The notes: generated from the letters alone by a model not told the origin. Positions 13,444 through 25,149 are shown, counted from the first letter of the stretch. The stretch: DNA of 52,052 nt from Octopus sinensis (GCF_006345805.1 NW_021833985.1:1-52052), one strand, 5' to 3'. Numbers and translations are program-made.

Positions 13444-13535
13444 GGTGGTGGTAGTAGTGGTGGTGGTGGTGGTGGTGTGGTGGTGGTGGTGGTGTGGTGG
13501 TGGTGGTGGTGGTGGTGGTGGTGGTGGTGGTGGTG
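13400..13535. repeat. (GTT)n(GGT)n repeat
   Basis: Direct inspection. Confidence 0.95.
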
Positions 13536-13636
13536 TTGGGTGCACTTTTGCAGTACAGGCAGAATCTCCGACTGATCACTATCCGTGTAATTATAGATCA
13601 ATCCGTGGAATGCGAGGCTTAGAAACCATTTAAAAA

Positions 13637-14035
13637 GTGGCGACGAGCTGGCAGAGTCGCTAGCACCCCGGGCGTAAGGCTTAACGGTATTTCGTCTGCC
13701 GTTACGTTCTGAGTTCAAATTCCGCCGAGGTCGACTTTGCCTTTCTTCCTTTCATAAATTAAGTACCAGTTACGCACTAGGGTCGATGTAATCGACTTAA
13801 TCCGTGTGTCTGTCCTTGTTTGTCCCCTCTGTGTTTAGCCTCTTGTGGGTAGGAAAGAAATAGGTATTTCATCCGTCTTTACGTTCTGAGTTCAAATTCT
13901 GCCGAGGCCGTCTTTGACTTTCAATCTTTCGGGGTTGATAAATTAAATACCAGTCGAGTACTGGCGTCGTTCTAATCGACTGGCACCCTCCCTCACAAGA
14001 TTTCGGGCCTCGTGCCTAGAGTAGAATAGAAACCA
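13637..14035 (+). mobile_element. SINE family A, dimeric (head + tail A + second body + tail B)
   Basis: The body GAGTTCAAAT..GCCGAGG repeats after the AAAGAAATAG|GTATTTC junction. Confidence 0.9.
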
Positions 14036-14892
14036 TTTGAAACACAAAGAATCGAATGCTGCGTCTTGAAATGATCTCTTAGTAGGGCACACGGTAGACT
14101 TTACTCGCTTGGTCATAATTCTGATCAAATAACATTTATTCAGGCTGAACTATACCACCAATATTCACCATTAACAACCACAGCAGCAACGACCATCATA
14201 TGAACAATTCTCTTTTATTTTTTTTGTATTATTATTTTTTGTTTTTTCTTGTGTTTTTTTTTTTTTTTGTTTTTTTGCATTGCTTTCATAGTTTATTATT
14301 CTGTGTGGCAAATGAACTTCAAGTAAAAATATCAAACAAAAGCGACAGAGAAAATGATGTCCAGAATTTATCTCTTCTGCTAGTCTTTCTGTTATTGTCC
14401 AAACTTCACTACTATGGAACAGATCTTTTTCAATGGAAACTTTGGAAACTAGCTGGTTATTATTATTATTATTTTTTAAAGAAAAATTCTATCACTGTCT
14501 AAAGAATTCCAAAGAAAATAAAATTTGCGTGTTGTTACCAATGCTAATTGGTGCCTTTGTCTAAAAGAGTTCTTTCTGTCTGCCATGACAGCTGTGACCT
14601 TCCTCTCTTTTATTCTGACAAAGTATATTTGGAACAAGTTATTTAATATGTCTGTATTTACTGTTTCACAGTTATTCGAGATTTGATGGAGTTTGGCTGC
14701 CATTTCTAGCTTATCTAGCTACCACATGAAAGCTCGTTACGTTCGTTTCATATCTGCTTTTTATTAAGAGAGAAAGTAGGATGTAATTTAACGAAAATTT
14801 AACTGCTATTTCTTGCAGGTTGAGTGGCCATATGGTATCTCCTTTGTTCTCTCGGTGTTCTCTTTTATATTTTAGCTTTAACCTTTCTCTGC

Positions 14893-15000
14893 AAGCCCAG
14901 CACTTATTTTATCGTCCCTTTTGCCGAACCGCGAAGTTACGGGGACGAAAACACAAAACACACCAACATCGGTTGTCAAACGCTGGTGGGGAGACAAACA
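14893..15000 (-). mobile_element. SINE family B fragment
   Basis: GCCGAACCGCGAAGTTACGGGGACG...CATCGGTTGTCAA matches 10400-10470. Confidence 0.8.
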
Positions 15001-15072
15001 CACACATATATATATACATATGTATATATATATGTATATATATATATATGTGTATATATGTGTATATATATG

Positions 15073-15153
<81 letters not shown>

Positions 15154-15468
15154 GACTCTAGTCTGTCGCAGAGTAACTCATTCGCAGCTGAGAGGCCTGG
15201 ATGCGCTGTGGCATCATGAAGGGAATTGTTTTTGCTCTAGAAGAAAAATGTGCCGCCAGGTCTGGGAGGCGAACCCATGATCTTGCACTCTTATCACTAT
15301 ACTGTATACCCTCACGTTCCAACAAGAAACATACCATATTTTGAAGCATATTTCTCTGACACTTTGTCGTGGGTTTTGCTCGACTATCTTTTTTTTTTTG
15401 TCAAATGCTGATCATCAAGGGTGGAATCAACTAATTCCCTTCTTACTCTAGTCAGCTCTAAAAAAATA

Positions 15469-15702
15469 GAAGCGGCACACTGGCAGAAATTTTAGCACAC
15501 CGGGTGAAATGCTTAGCCGTATTCCGTCTGCCGTTACGTTCTGAGTTCAAATTCCGCCGGAGTCGGCTTTGCCTTTCATTATTTCCGGGTCGATAAATTA
15601 AGTACCAGTTACGCACTGGGGTCGATGTAATCGACTTAATACCTTTGTCTGTCCTTGTTTGTCTCCTCTACGTTTAGCCCCTTGTGGGCAATATAGAAAT
15701 AA
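15469..15702 (+). mobile_element. SINE family A
   Basis: Matches the family consensus over ~230 bp. Confidence 0.9.
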
Positions 15703-15704
15703 GG

Positions 15705-15870
15705 GTGGATGGACGTCCTCTACGTTCTTGATCTTCAAGTCTCTCATCTCCACTACGGAATCTCCCAAACCACTCTTCTCTCCATGCTCTGTTGATTTTC
15801 GCAGCCGTCTGGAAAGCTTGAATTCATGGAAAAAATAAAGTAAACGTATTGCTTCATTTTTCAATTTTGA
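15705..15870 (-). mobile_element. mariner transposase 5' fragment
   Basis: Frameshifted: ...LLYFFHEFKL / TAAKINRAW / WFGRFRSGDERLEDQERRGRPS, the mariner HTH motif. Confidence 0.8.
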
Positions 15871-16620
15871 AATAAGAAATTCTATGCTTCAAAATTATTC
15901 TCTCAAAGACATTAATAAAAATTTATTAACGACTACACAATAATTATTAAGCATGAAAATTTCGTCTAAAGCATTACAAAATTAGCACCTTAGATCGAAT
16001 TTGGAAAAGATATTTGCGAAAAATTGGACAGTATTTTCCGAACAACCAAATACGTTATTTTTTTAATAGCTTGGTGTTCTTTTAAGAGATGACAATGCGA
16101 CTTTCGGGTGATCTCCTTGCTATTTCTAACAAATGAAACTAATCCATAGAGGGCCTCTAACTCGTTCTAGAGCAGATTAATCAAATAATCGATATAATAG
16201 CTAGATTGAATATATTGAATATTACATCGCTGCATATTTTACCGACTGTAGGACTGAGAAAAAACAATTGCTTAATCTTCGCTGAATTTGAACTGTGAAA
16301 GTAAAGATGGCTAACCTAACAAAAAGCTAAAAGTCGTTCACTCCATCATTCTAGCGTTTCTGCCAGTTGACTAAGCATTATTTGGTTATTTAAGTCTGAA
16401 ATTAACTTGCTCGGTTTTGTTCCCAAATGACCGGCCTAGAATTGTTTTCGAAACATGAATTTAACGAACCGAAATATTCAGCTAATGAGGCTAGCTGTTG
16501 TCCTCATTAGTAAAAGCTTTGTCTTGTAAAATTGTAAACCATCTAACCATACTCTGTACATCTTGCAGACAGCCTCGTTTTCATTATCAACTGGGGACAT
16601 TCAAAATTATCTTGTATATA

Positions 16621-16795
16621 ATGAGAGCTTTCGGCTTCCGGTTTTCGCTGTCGGTAACGTTGAAAATCAGAAAGTAAGTTGGATATTAAACCAACCTTGT
16701 GTTATTTATTTGGTCGTAGCTACAAACTAAGTTTTATCCACAATTTTATAAGCTACTAATTTGCCCAGTTTGCTCAAACATTGCGTATCTAACGA
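16621..16795 (+). promoter_or_regulatory. Candidate promoter with first exon (to 16673) and second exon (16769-16795)
   Basis: Local CpG cluster with ETS site CTTCCGG; two GTAAGT donors (16674, 16796); CTAAT branch site and cccag| acceptor; ATG at 16621 reads through both exons (MRAFGFRFSLSVTLKIRNLLKHCVSN). Confidence 0.35.
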
Positions 16796-16939
16796 GTAAG
16801 TCACATATAAATCTGTATACAACATTTCCGTTGATACTTTCTGTAAATTTACAACTGGCACGTGTGAACTTAACTAGATCTTCCACAGTGCATGAATGTC
16901 AGATAATACCCTCATAAAAATACATTTACCTTTCTAATT

Positions 16940-17100
16940 GCTTCAGTCATTGGACTGCGGCCATACTGTGTGGCGCCATTCTGAATGGTTTAGTCGAAAA
17001 CATAAAATGTTCCCAAAACTTATTTATTTCGGTCTCTTTTGCCGAAACTCTAATATACACAGACGTTAAAAAACCAGTACCGGTTTAGCCTAATGGGGAC
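16940..17100 (-). mobile_element. SINE family B tail fragment (diverged)
   Basis: GCTTCAGTCATTGGACTGCGGCCAT...GGTCTCTTTTGCCGAA. Confidence 0.7.
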
Positions 17101-17109
17101 AGATTCAAT

Positions 17110-17445
17110 GACACGCATGGCTCAGTGGTTAGAGCGTCGAGCTTACGATCGTGAGGTTGTGTGTTCGATTCTCGGACCGGGCAGCGTGTTGTGTTCTTGA
17201 GCAAGAGACTTTATTTCACGTTTCTCCAGTTCACTCAGCTGTAGCAATGTGTTGTGACGTCACAGGTGCCAAGCTGTATCGGCCCCTTTGCCTTTCCCTT
17301 GCATAACATCAGTGGTGTGGAGAGGGAAGGCTGGTATGCATGGATGACTACAGGTCTTCCATAAACAGCCTTGCCCGGACTTGTGCCTCGAAGGGTTACA
17401 TTCTAGGTGCAATCCCATGGTCATTCATGACCGAAGGGGGGGCTC
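17110..17445 (+). mobile_element. tRNA-derived SINE, family C
   Basis: TGGCTCAGTGGTTAGAGCG (A box), GTTCGATTC (B box), then a GTGTTGTGTTCTTGAGCAAG central domain and a unique tail. Confidence 0.8.
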
Positions 17446-17669
17446 AACTCAACTCAAATATATATATATTTATACACACACACACATAAATATGTGTGTG
17501 TGTGTGTGTGTTGTGTGTGTGTGTGTAATTAGAGTTTTTCGGCTTTCTTCAAGGCAGTGCCTTACGTGGCATTAGTCTAATGATTAAAACAAGTAATATA
17601 TATATATATTATATATATATATAATATATATATATATATATTATTATATTGTGTTATATATCATATGTT

Positions 17670-17711
<42 letters not shown>

Positions 17712-17717
17712 CATATT

Positions 17718-17822
17718 ACTTGTTTCGGTCATTAGACTTCAGCCATGCTGGGCACTTTAAGAAGAAACTTTCATCGAATGAATCGCCCCCAGTAACCAAT
17801 TTATTAAAGCCTGGTACTTATT
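17718..17822 (-). mobile_element. SINE family B tail fragment
   Basis: CTTGTTTCGGTCATT...GCCATGCTGG...GCCTGGTACTTATT. Confidence 0.65.
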
Positions 17823-18128
17823 ATATAGATCTCTCTTGCCGAGAGAGAGAGAGAGAGACAGAGAGTCAGAGACAGAGATACAGACAGACTTTATATGTGT
17901 ATCTTAGCTACACATATAATTTACAAAGTGTGTTACATGGGTAAATCACGAAATCACTGCCAACCGCTGGAGGCAAGTTTTCTTCCTAACAATCCCGGTC
18001 TTCCCCTTATTAACATGATATAATCTGGTCGCCTAAGTTCTCTTCAAATATAATGATAAACCACACTGAAACAAAGATTACATCAAGTCGAAATATAGCA
18101 ATGTTTGTATATTTATTCTTATGTCGTA

Positions 18129-18510
18129 GATGCGCTATGGCCCAGTGGTTAGTGCAGCGGTCTCGCGGTCATAGGATCGCGGTTTCGATTCCCAGACCGG
18201 GCGTTGTAAGTGTTTACTGAGTGAAAACACCTAAAAAGCTCCACTAGGATCTAGCAGGGGATGGTGGCGAACCCTGTTGTATTCTTTCACCACAACTTTC
18301 TCTCACTCTTTCTTCCTGTTTCTGCTGTACCTGTAATTTAAAGGGCCAGCCGCGTCACACTCTGCCTTACGCTGGATCTCCCCGGGAACTATGTTAAGGG
18401 TGACAGTTGAGTGCTCAGCCACTTGCACGTTAATTTCACGAGCAGGCTGTTCCGCTGATCAGATCAACTGGAACTCTCGTCCACGTCGTAACCGTCGGAG
18501 TGCCACGATT
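18129..18510 (+). mobile_element. tRNA-derived SINE, family D
   Basis: TGGCCCAGTGGTTAG, GTTTCGATTCCCAGACCGGGC head; second copy at 22266. Confidence 0.85.
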
Positions 18511-18829
18511 CAGAAATGATAGCACAGCTTTTCAGCAACAATTTCTACCTCCCTTGTAAAGGTAACAACTCTAACCTTTCGCGATACCATAAAAGCCATG
18601 AACTTTTCAGCACTACCACCTCCGTATTCATCATTTTTCCTCCCAGCACTTCGGTTGCTTATGAGGCTTCCACTTTGACGCTAGCATTTAGACTTACGGT
18701 TCTTAGCCATCTTTTCTCTATAGACACCTTCCATTCTTATTTCGTCGAGTGGACCATCATAAACATTCAATGTTTTTGAAAAATGCGGTTGTATATTTAT
18801 TCTTAAATATTATATTTTTATATTTTTTT

Positions 18830-18948
18830 ATTCTTTTATTTGTTTCAGTCATTTAACTGTGGCCATGCTGGAGCACCGCCTTTAGTCGAGCACATCGACC
18901 CCAGGACGTATTCTTTGTAAGCCTAGTACTTATTCTACCGGTTCTTTT
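18830..18948 (-). mobile_element. SINE family B tail fragment
   Basis: Near-identical to 10290-10400. Confidence 0.85.
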
Positions 18949-18949
18949 G

Positions 18950-19180
18950 GAGGCATAAAATTGGAAAGCAATAAATTCATTTAAAGAATGGGAGAAATAC
19001 AGGCTAAAAGATAAATGTAAGAGCAATACAAATGCAAGCCATTTCTCAATATGTGACAATGTGTTGGTGTACGCACAAAGAGTCGTCGTGCCAGTCACAC
19101 TGCAAAAGCGATTATTAAAAGAATTTCATATTGCTCACCCACGGATTTCGAGAATGAAATCGTTAATGAAATTTGTCTAT
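18950..19180 (+). mobile_element. Ty3/Gypsy pol fragment (integrase zinc-binding region, K02A2.6-like)
   Basis: FSICDNVLVYAQRVVVPVTLQKRLLKEFHIAHPRISRMKSLM matches the RVVIPxxLxxxVLxxLHxGHPGIxRMKxL motif. Confidence 0.85.
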
Positions 19181-19194
19181 ATTCTTTTCTACTC

Positions 19195-19325
19195 TAGGCC
19201 CAAGGCCTGAAATTTTGGGGGAAGGGGCCAGTCGATTAGATCGACTCCAGTATGCAACTGGTACCGATGCATTGCTTCAAATGGAGAATACTCTGAAGGC
19301 GATAAAAGTGTAAACATTTAAAACG
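19195..19325. mobile_element. SINE A tail-B fragment (-) joined to a mariner 3'-end fragment (+)
   Basis: GGCCTGAAATTTTGGGGGAAGGGGCCAGTCGATTAGATCGAC; then DA/CIASNGEYSEGDK, resembling the mariner C-terminal GEYFEGDK. Confidence 0.55.
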
Positions 19326-20179
19326 AAGTGAATGAAATAATATTGCAAAATTCGTAGAATCCAACCAATGCGTTTTTGTCGACGTTCATTTTCCTGTTAT
19401 TGCTTTCAAAAATTTTCACCTCAGGCATAAGTGAAGAATAGCGTCGTTTGGTTATAGCTTCCAATGGGTCAGTCATCGCTTTACTACATTTTCTATTCTT
19501 TTATTTTCTGTTCGTTTTTTAAAAAATTCTTTTGTGGCTTTTCAGACATTTCCTATCCTCTCGACTTCCATGCAGTTCCATGTTTATAATTGGTATGACG
19601 TATTAATGAGAATTGGAAAACTAAAATAAAATATTTCAATGTTATATTCGAACAGTTTGCCAAACTTCGCTTTCATCTCAAGAGACATAGCAACATATTC
19701 CACTGAATTAATATCACACTTATCGTATCGTCTGCTTCCAGTGAACTTGTCGCCATATTGTTTTTCTTTTATTATTTTTGTCGTTATTTTCTTTTTTCAT
19801 GACACAAAATCGATGCTCAAATGTAAGGCAAGCCATAAAAGAAGTTATGTTATCACTCTTTCTATCTTTACGGAAACTTTCTATCTGGTATATCTTTATT
19901 CATCGAAAGAAGATAACGTTTCGCCACATAACACATCACACATTTCACTTCACCATTCTTAGACGATTTCTATATATTTAAATAAATTCTGCATGAAGAT
20001 CGTGTTGAAAAAGATATTAATACCATAAAGTTAGTGTTAGGTGTTAAGAATAAAATGTGGCGCCTCAAATTGGCATTCTATAGAAATCTAAAGGTCCCTG
20101 GATTGTTCTCGGTTTGAAGTTCGTGTGCTTGTCGATGGTTGTGACGTGACTCAAAGAATTTATAATGTTGTGGGTGTTG

Positions 20180-20422
20180 AGGAAAGATGGAAGGAAGGAA
20201 GGAAGGAAGGAAGAAAAGAAAAAGGCGAAGGAAAGTGGAGGAAAGTGGAGGAAAGAGCGAGAAAGAAAGAAAGAAAGAAAGAAAGAAAGGAGGAAGGAAG
20301 GAACTAATGAAGAAAGGAAAGATCGATCGAAAGAGAAAGAAAGATAAGAAATAAAGAAGCAAAGAAAGATAGATGGAATGAAAGGAAAAACAAGTAAAAA
20401 GAAAGAAAAATGAAAGGATCGA

Positions 20423-20455
<33 letters not shown>

Positions 20456-20581
20456 GAAGGAAGAAAGGGAGAAAGAAAGGAAGGAAGGAAGAAAGGAAGA
20501 AAGAAAACTGAAAGGAACGAAGAAGAAAGAAAGAAGGAACGAAAAAAGAAAGGAATGAGAAAGAAAGAAAAAAGAAAGAAA

Positions 20582-20614
<33 letters not shown>

Positions 20615-20835
20615 GAAGAAAAAAGGAAGAAAAAGAAAGGAACGAGGAAGAAATAAAGAAAGACAGAAAGAAAGAAGGAAAGAAAGAAAGAAAGAAGAAA
20701 GAAAGGAAGAAAGAAAGGAAGGAAGGAAGGAAGGAAGAAAGGAAGAAAGAAAGAAAGGAAGGAAGGAAGAAAGGAAGAAAGAAAAATGAAAGGAACGAAG
20801 AAGAAAGAAAGAAGGAACGAAAAAAGAAAGGAATG

Positions 20836-20866
<31 letters not shown>

Positions 20867-21020
20867 CAAAAAGAAAGAAAGAAAGAAAGGAAGAAAAAGG
20901 AAGAAAATGAAAGGAACGAGGAAGAAATAAAGAAAGACAGAAAGAAAGAAGGAAAGAAAGAAAGAAAGGAAGAAAAGAACGAGAAATAAAGAACAAGAAA
21001 GGAAGGAAGGAAGAAATAAT
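20180..21020. repeat. ~840-bp polypurine (GAAA/GGAA) tract with internal ~280-bp duplication
   Basis: Essentially only A/G on the + strand; the AAGGAACGAAGAAGAAAG... block recurs at ~20512 and ~20790. Confidence 0.9.
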
Positions 21021-21198
21021 TACCAAATTTCCTTCAAATTATTATCTAATGCTATTTTTTCTATAAAAAAGAAAGGACGCGTTGAATAATGAAATTCTAG
21101 AAACACTTTATCTGATTCCCAAGGTAAAGCGAGATGGGCAAAGATGGAGTGCACTTCGATCCTTCAGTCAGACTTCTGTAGGCTAAGGATCAAAGCAG

Positions 21199-21318
21199 TT
21201 TGGATCAAATTCGTTTCTACTCCTAGTTTCAAGCGTGATTGTAATCTCCAGCCATTTCGAAATGACTGAAGATTATCATCACGCTTGAAACTCTGAGTAC
21301 CAACGAATTTGAATCAAA
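21199..21318. repeat. Imperfect ~120-bp palindrome (MITE-like)
   Basis: Centre CATTT|CG|AAATG; arms TCAAATTCGTT..AGTTTCAAGCGTGAT / ATCACGCTTGAAACT..AACGAATTTGA. Confidence 0.75.
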
Positions 21319-21404
21319 ATGTTTTAATCCATACATGTAACTTCCAATAAATTTGTTGAGTGCCCTTATTTCGTTTTCCACTCACTCGTATTTGTACATG
21401 CGTG

Positions 21405-21662
21405 TATTATTCCAGTGACGAGGAAGTGAAAACTGTAGTGAAGAAGTGGCTCAAAAAATACTCAACAGAATTTTACGGAGCAGGAATACATGCTCCCATT
21501 CGAAGGTGGAACATTACTAGTGAGAGAAACGCGGTGACAATGTTGAGAAGTAGGTATGTGATCCACAGAGGACCAGCTTCATTTTGATGTATGATACAAG
21601 TTCCTGTGTTGGTAATTATACCTGTCTTAAACAAAATGACATTACTTTTTGATTCACCCTCG
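21405..21662 (+). mobile_element. mariner 3' fragment with right TIR
   Basis: SSDEEVKTVVKKWLKKYSTEFYGAGIHA.IRRW...GDNVEK*; TIR TTTGATTCACCCTCG|TA; same family as 49249-49787. Confidence 0.88.
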
Positions 21663-22079
21663 TACATGCTAATTAACCCAAAACTAGGGTCCTGTTAGGT
21701 GCCACTGCTCCAGATCAGAGTGGCTAAGAGATGGTTCCACGTTCCTCAGATTCCTGGAACTCCAGAACCAGCGACCAACTACTTGAGGGAACTGAAGCCT
21801 TTATATTAGCGGTAGAAAATGTAGAGATGAGAGGTAATATTCCAGATGGTGAACCAGAGAATGTCAATGTGTTCTTGAGTAATTTCATAAAAATTAATGT
21901 TAAGATTGATTAAGAGACTTCTCTAACAACTGACACGTTTTCTGGTGAAAAAAAGAAAATGTCAGCTCCGCATTGAAAGATATTTTTCTCTTTGCGCATG
22001 CATGAAAAAGAAGATGGTTAAGTAGTCACGGACTTTAATCAGAGGGATGCTGAATCAGGCGACATCTGAAGCTAAACAA

Positions 22080-22260
22080 CAACAACCAACAACAAATTCG
22101 AAAATGATATCAACAACAACAACATCAGCAACATTGACAACTATATCAGCAAAATCTTCAACATCAACATCAATAACAATATCAACATCAACAATGATAT
22201 CAGCAATAACAACAACAACAACAACGACAACGATTTCAGCAACATCTTGAACAACAGAAT
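22080..22260. repeat. Degenerate (AAC)n/(ATC)n
   Basis: Direct inspection. Confidence 0.85.
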
Positions 22261-22265
22261 CAGTG

Positions 22266-22465
22266 GAGGCGCAATGGCCCAGTGGTTAGGGCAGCGGACT
22301 CTCGGTCGGAAGAATACGGTTTCGATTCCCAGACCGGGCATTGTGAGTGTTTATTCAGCAAACATACCTAAGCTCCACGAGGCTCCGGCGGCGGGGTCGT
22401 GGTGGTGAAACCCTCTGTACACTTTCACCAAAACTTTCTCTCACTCTTTCTTCCTACTTCTGCCA
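22266..22465 (+). mobile_element. SINE family D (5' half)
   Basis: Matches 18129-18320. Confidence 0.85.
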
Positions 22466-22739
22466 CAAAGCAGAGGAACCATGGTGTAACCCACTATGGT
22501 GTGGCAAATTTCAGACCCTAGTCTAGATTGCGAATCCTCTGTATCCCAGGATGGTTCAGTTATCCACCCGTTAAAAGCCACCGTTTGCGGAATGACGATA
22601 ACAACGGAGCTTTCGCACCCGTGCAACCGCCACTCTAACGCATGTGGTGGGTGGATCTTCAAGTTGCCACACGCATTCTTAGTAGCTTAGAGTAGGCTCG
22701 AATCAGAGATTATTCTTTGTGGCTAATGGCGTGAGTCCT

Positions 22740-22930
22740 GATTGGAAGAAGAAGAAGAAGAAGAAGAAGAAAAAGAAAAAGAAGAAGACAACAGCATCAG
22801 CGTTGACAAAAATATCACCAGCAAAACCAATAACAACAACATATAAAGCAAAATCAACAACAGTATCAACAACAACAACAACACGAACAACAACACGAAC
22901 AACAATACAACCGTCAACATCCACAATAAT
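22740..22930. repeat. (GAA)n then degenerate (AAC)n
   Basis: Direct inspection. Confidence 0.85.
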
Positions 22931-23119
22931 ACCAAAGTCTTTTTTCCGCCATGTTTTCAGTGATCCAGTCGGTTATGTAATTCAGTGACGACATAATGAA
23001 CTTTAGCTGAAAATACAACAATGCCCTACACAAACCCCGAACAACCCCCAACCTCCACTGCAGTAACCTTAGACGTCCTCCTACAAATATGACGAATACT
23101 AGCACTTGGATATTTCTCC

Positions 23120-23330
23120 CTAATTAGCTAGGACTAATTTTCACATCTTTAATTTATCATTAGTAATTAGAAGTGATTCCTAATTATATATGCTGATTTG
23201 CAAATCCATAATAACGCAACCCTAATTAGACATTGCTAATTTGAAATTCTTAAATCCGCAGTCCTAATTATACACTCTTAACAACGCATCACCTAATAAC
23301 AGAGGACTTAATTAAGCATAACTAATTAAT
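23120..23330. repeat. Degenerate ~42-bp periodic repeat with recurrent (C)CTAATTA
   Basis: TAATTA at 23121, 23164, 23181, 23223, 23265, 23309 and 23323; units 23179-23220 and 23221-23262 align. Confidence 0.55.
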
Positions 23331-23799
23331 TTTACTTTAATGTGGACTCATTTTCGAACCTTGCAAAATGAAATCAAATTCGGAAAGCAAAAGTCGTAAA
23401 ATTCTCATACGTACACACACATATACATACACACATATACGCGCGTGCACAAACCCACCACACTTATATATACACACACACGCAGTCATACACGTGTGCG
23501 GACATTCGTCCATGCCACACATATAGACACACGCGTACTCACACATACACACACAAATACACACATGTGCGCACATTCCCCCTCACACAATGCACACACA
23601 TACACACATACAGACACACACATTTCCCACGCTCATGCATGCGTGCGCAAATTCGCCATTACATTCTCTATACACCCACACGAGGGCACATTTCCCCCTC
23701 ATACACACACACTCAGATTACGCGAAAACACCTACACATACACACACCACGTAGATGAACACACACACACACATTGGGTCATCTCATAAATAATATGTA

Positions 23800-24480
23800 T
23801 TTTTTTATACTTCATTTATTTTTTTAAAATTAAGATAAACAAAATTCTTTTTAATCTCCATTATCTAAAATGTTCTTCGATCTATCTGGTAGACTAACGA
23901 GGCCCATCTTCCAAAATTCACTTGTCCATGACGAAAAATACTCCTCCAGTATTGTTCTGACCCCATCAACAGAATTCATATTTTTTCCGTTCAAATGATT
24001 TTGAGGACTGCTGAATAAATGATAATCCGATGTGGTAATGTCCGCGAATATGGTTGATGGGACATCGTTTCCCATTCAAACTGCTCCAGCCTTTGGAATG
24101 TCATCCTCGCTGTATGTTGTCGAGCATTATCTTGATGGAAGAACACCTTTGATCTTGGAACCAAAGATGGTCGTTTTCCGATGGTAAGCTGGTGTTGATG
24201 GATGTTTGAATGACCAAATCCAAGCTTCTCTGCTAGTTCTTCAATAGTTACGAGGGGATTTTGTTCCAACGGGGTTTGCAGGACGTCCTGGTCGAGCTCT
24301 ACAGATCTTCCAGAACGAGTCCCGGCTTCTAGGCTGTAATTTCCGGTTCGGAATTTCTGGAACTACCGTTGACACTGGCTTACGCTTATTGTCCGATTCC
24401 CATATACTGCATTAATATTCTTCGCACTTATCGTTGCGTTGTTTGCCTTTATTGAACACATAAAGCAAAATATGTCGAAT
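23800..24480 (-). mobile_element. mariner element, internally deleted
   Basis: KNINAVYG...FQKFRTGNYSLE..TRSGRS...TIEELAEKLG / FFHQDNARQHTA...HQPYS / DYHLF...NHLNGK...FWKMGL. Confidence 0.92.
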
Positions 24481-24495
24481 ACGCTCCTTTACGTC

Positions 24496-24680
24496 GAGCG
24501 AAATGATTAGCGGCATTTCGTCTGTCACTACGTCCTCAGTTCAAATCTCGCCAAGGTCTACTTTGCCTTTCATCCTTTCGGGTCGATAAATTAAATCCCA
24601 ATTGAACACTAGAGTCGATTTAATTGATTTATCCCCTCCCCCAAAATAGCTGCCCTTATGGCAAAATTTGAAACCATTAT
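24496..24680 (+). mobile_element. SINE family A (tail B variant)
   Basis: Body followed by CCCCTCCCCCCAAAAT...GAAACC(ATT)n. Confidence 0.85.
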
Positions 24681-25123
24681 TATTATTATTATCATTATTA
24701 TTATTATTATTATCATTATTATTATTATTATTATTATTATTACATCTCCTTACTCCGTTTACCTCTCTCTCATCCCTCTCCCTTCCCTCCTACCTTCTCA
24801 GCATCCTCTCCCCCCAACAACCACCAACACCGTCTCTACTCATTACTTTGTAATCTTAAACAGATTTCTTTTCCAGTAGTTTCGCTATGTAATTATCGAG
24901 GAATATTTCAAAGAGAGTATCCACAGAAACAGACAACACCACCACCAACAACAACAACAACAGTTAATTTCTTCAGCAAGAAACTTCATTCGAATTTTCG
25001 AATTTCCCTTGTGATTATTTTATTATTCTTTTATGCACCGCTGATTGATTTCTCCATATATATTTTTTTTTCTCTCTAGTTTCAGCTCAGAGCTGCGGCC
25101 ATGCTGATGCACCGCCGTATATG

Positions 25124-25149
<26 letters not shown>

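Noticed and set aside
14476-14870. 75-aa minus ORF and several plus-strand splice-like sites (14671, 14819)
   Set aside because: Frames end in stops or give conflicting models; no family recognised
15598-15864. 88-aa minus-strand ORF that looks like a host exon
   Set aside because: An alternative frame is a mariner HTH (WFGRFRSGD...GRPS) and the rest is SINE sequence
19639-19962. 107-aa ORF and minus-strand AATATGGCG start
   Set aside because: No homology, weak donor, composition like surrounding AT-rich intergenic DNA
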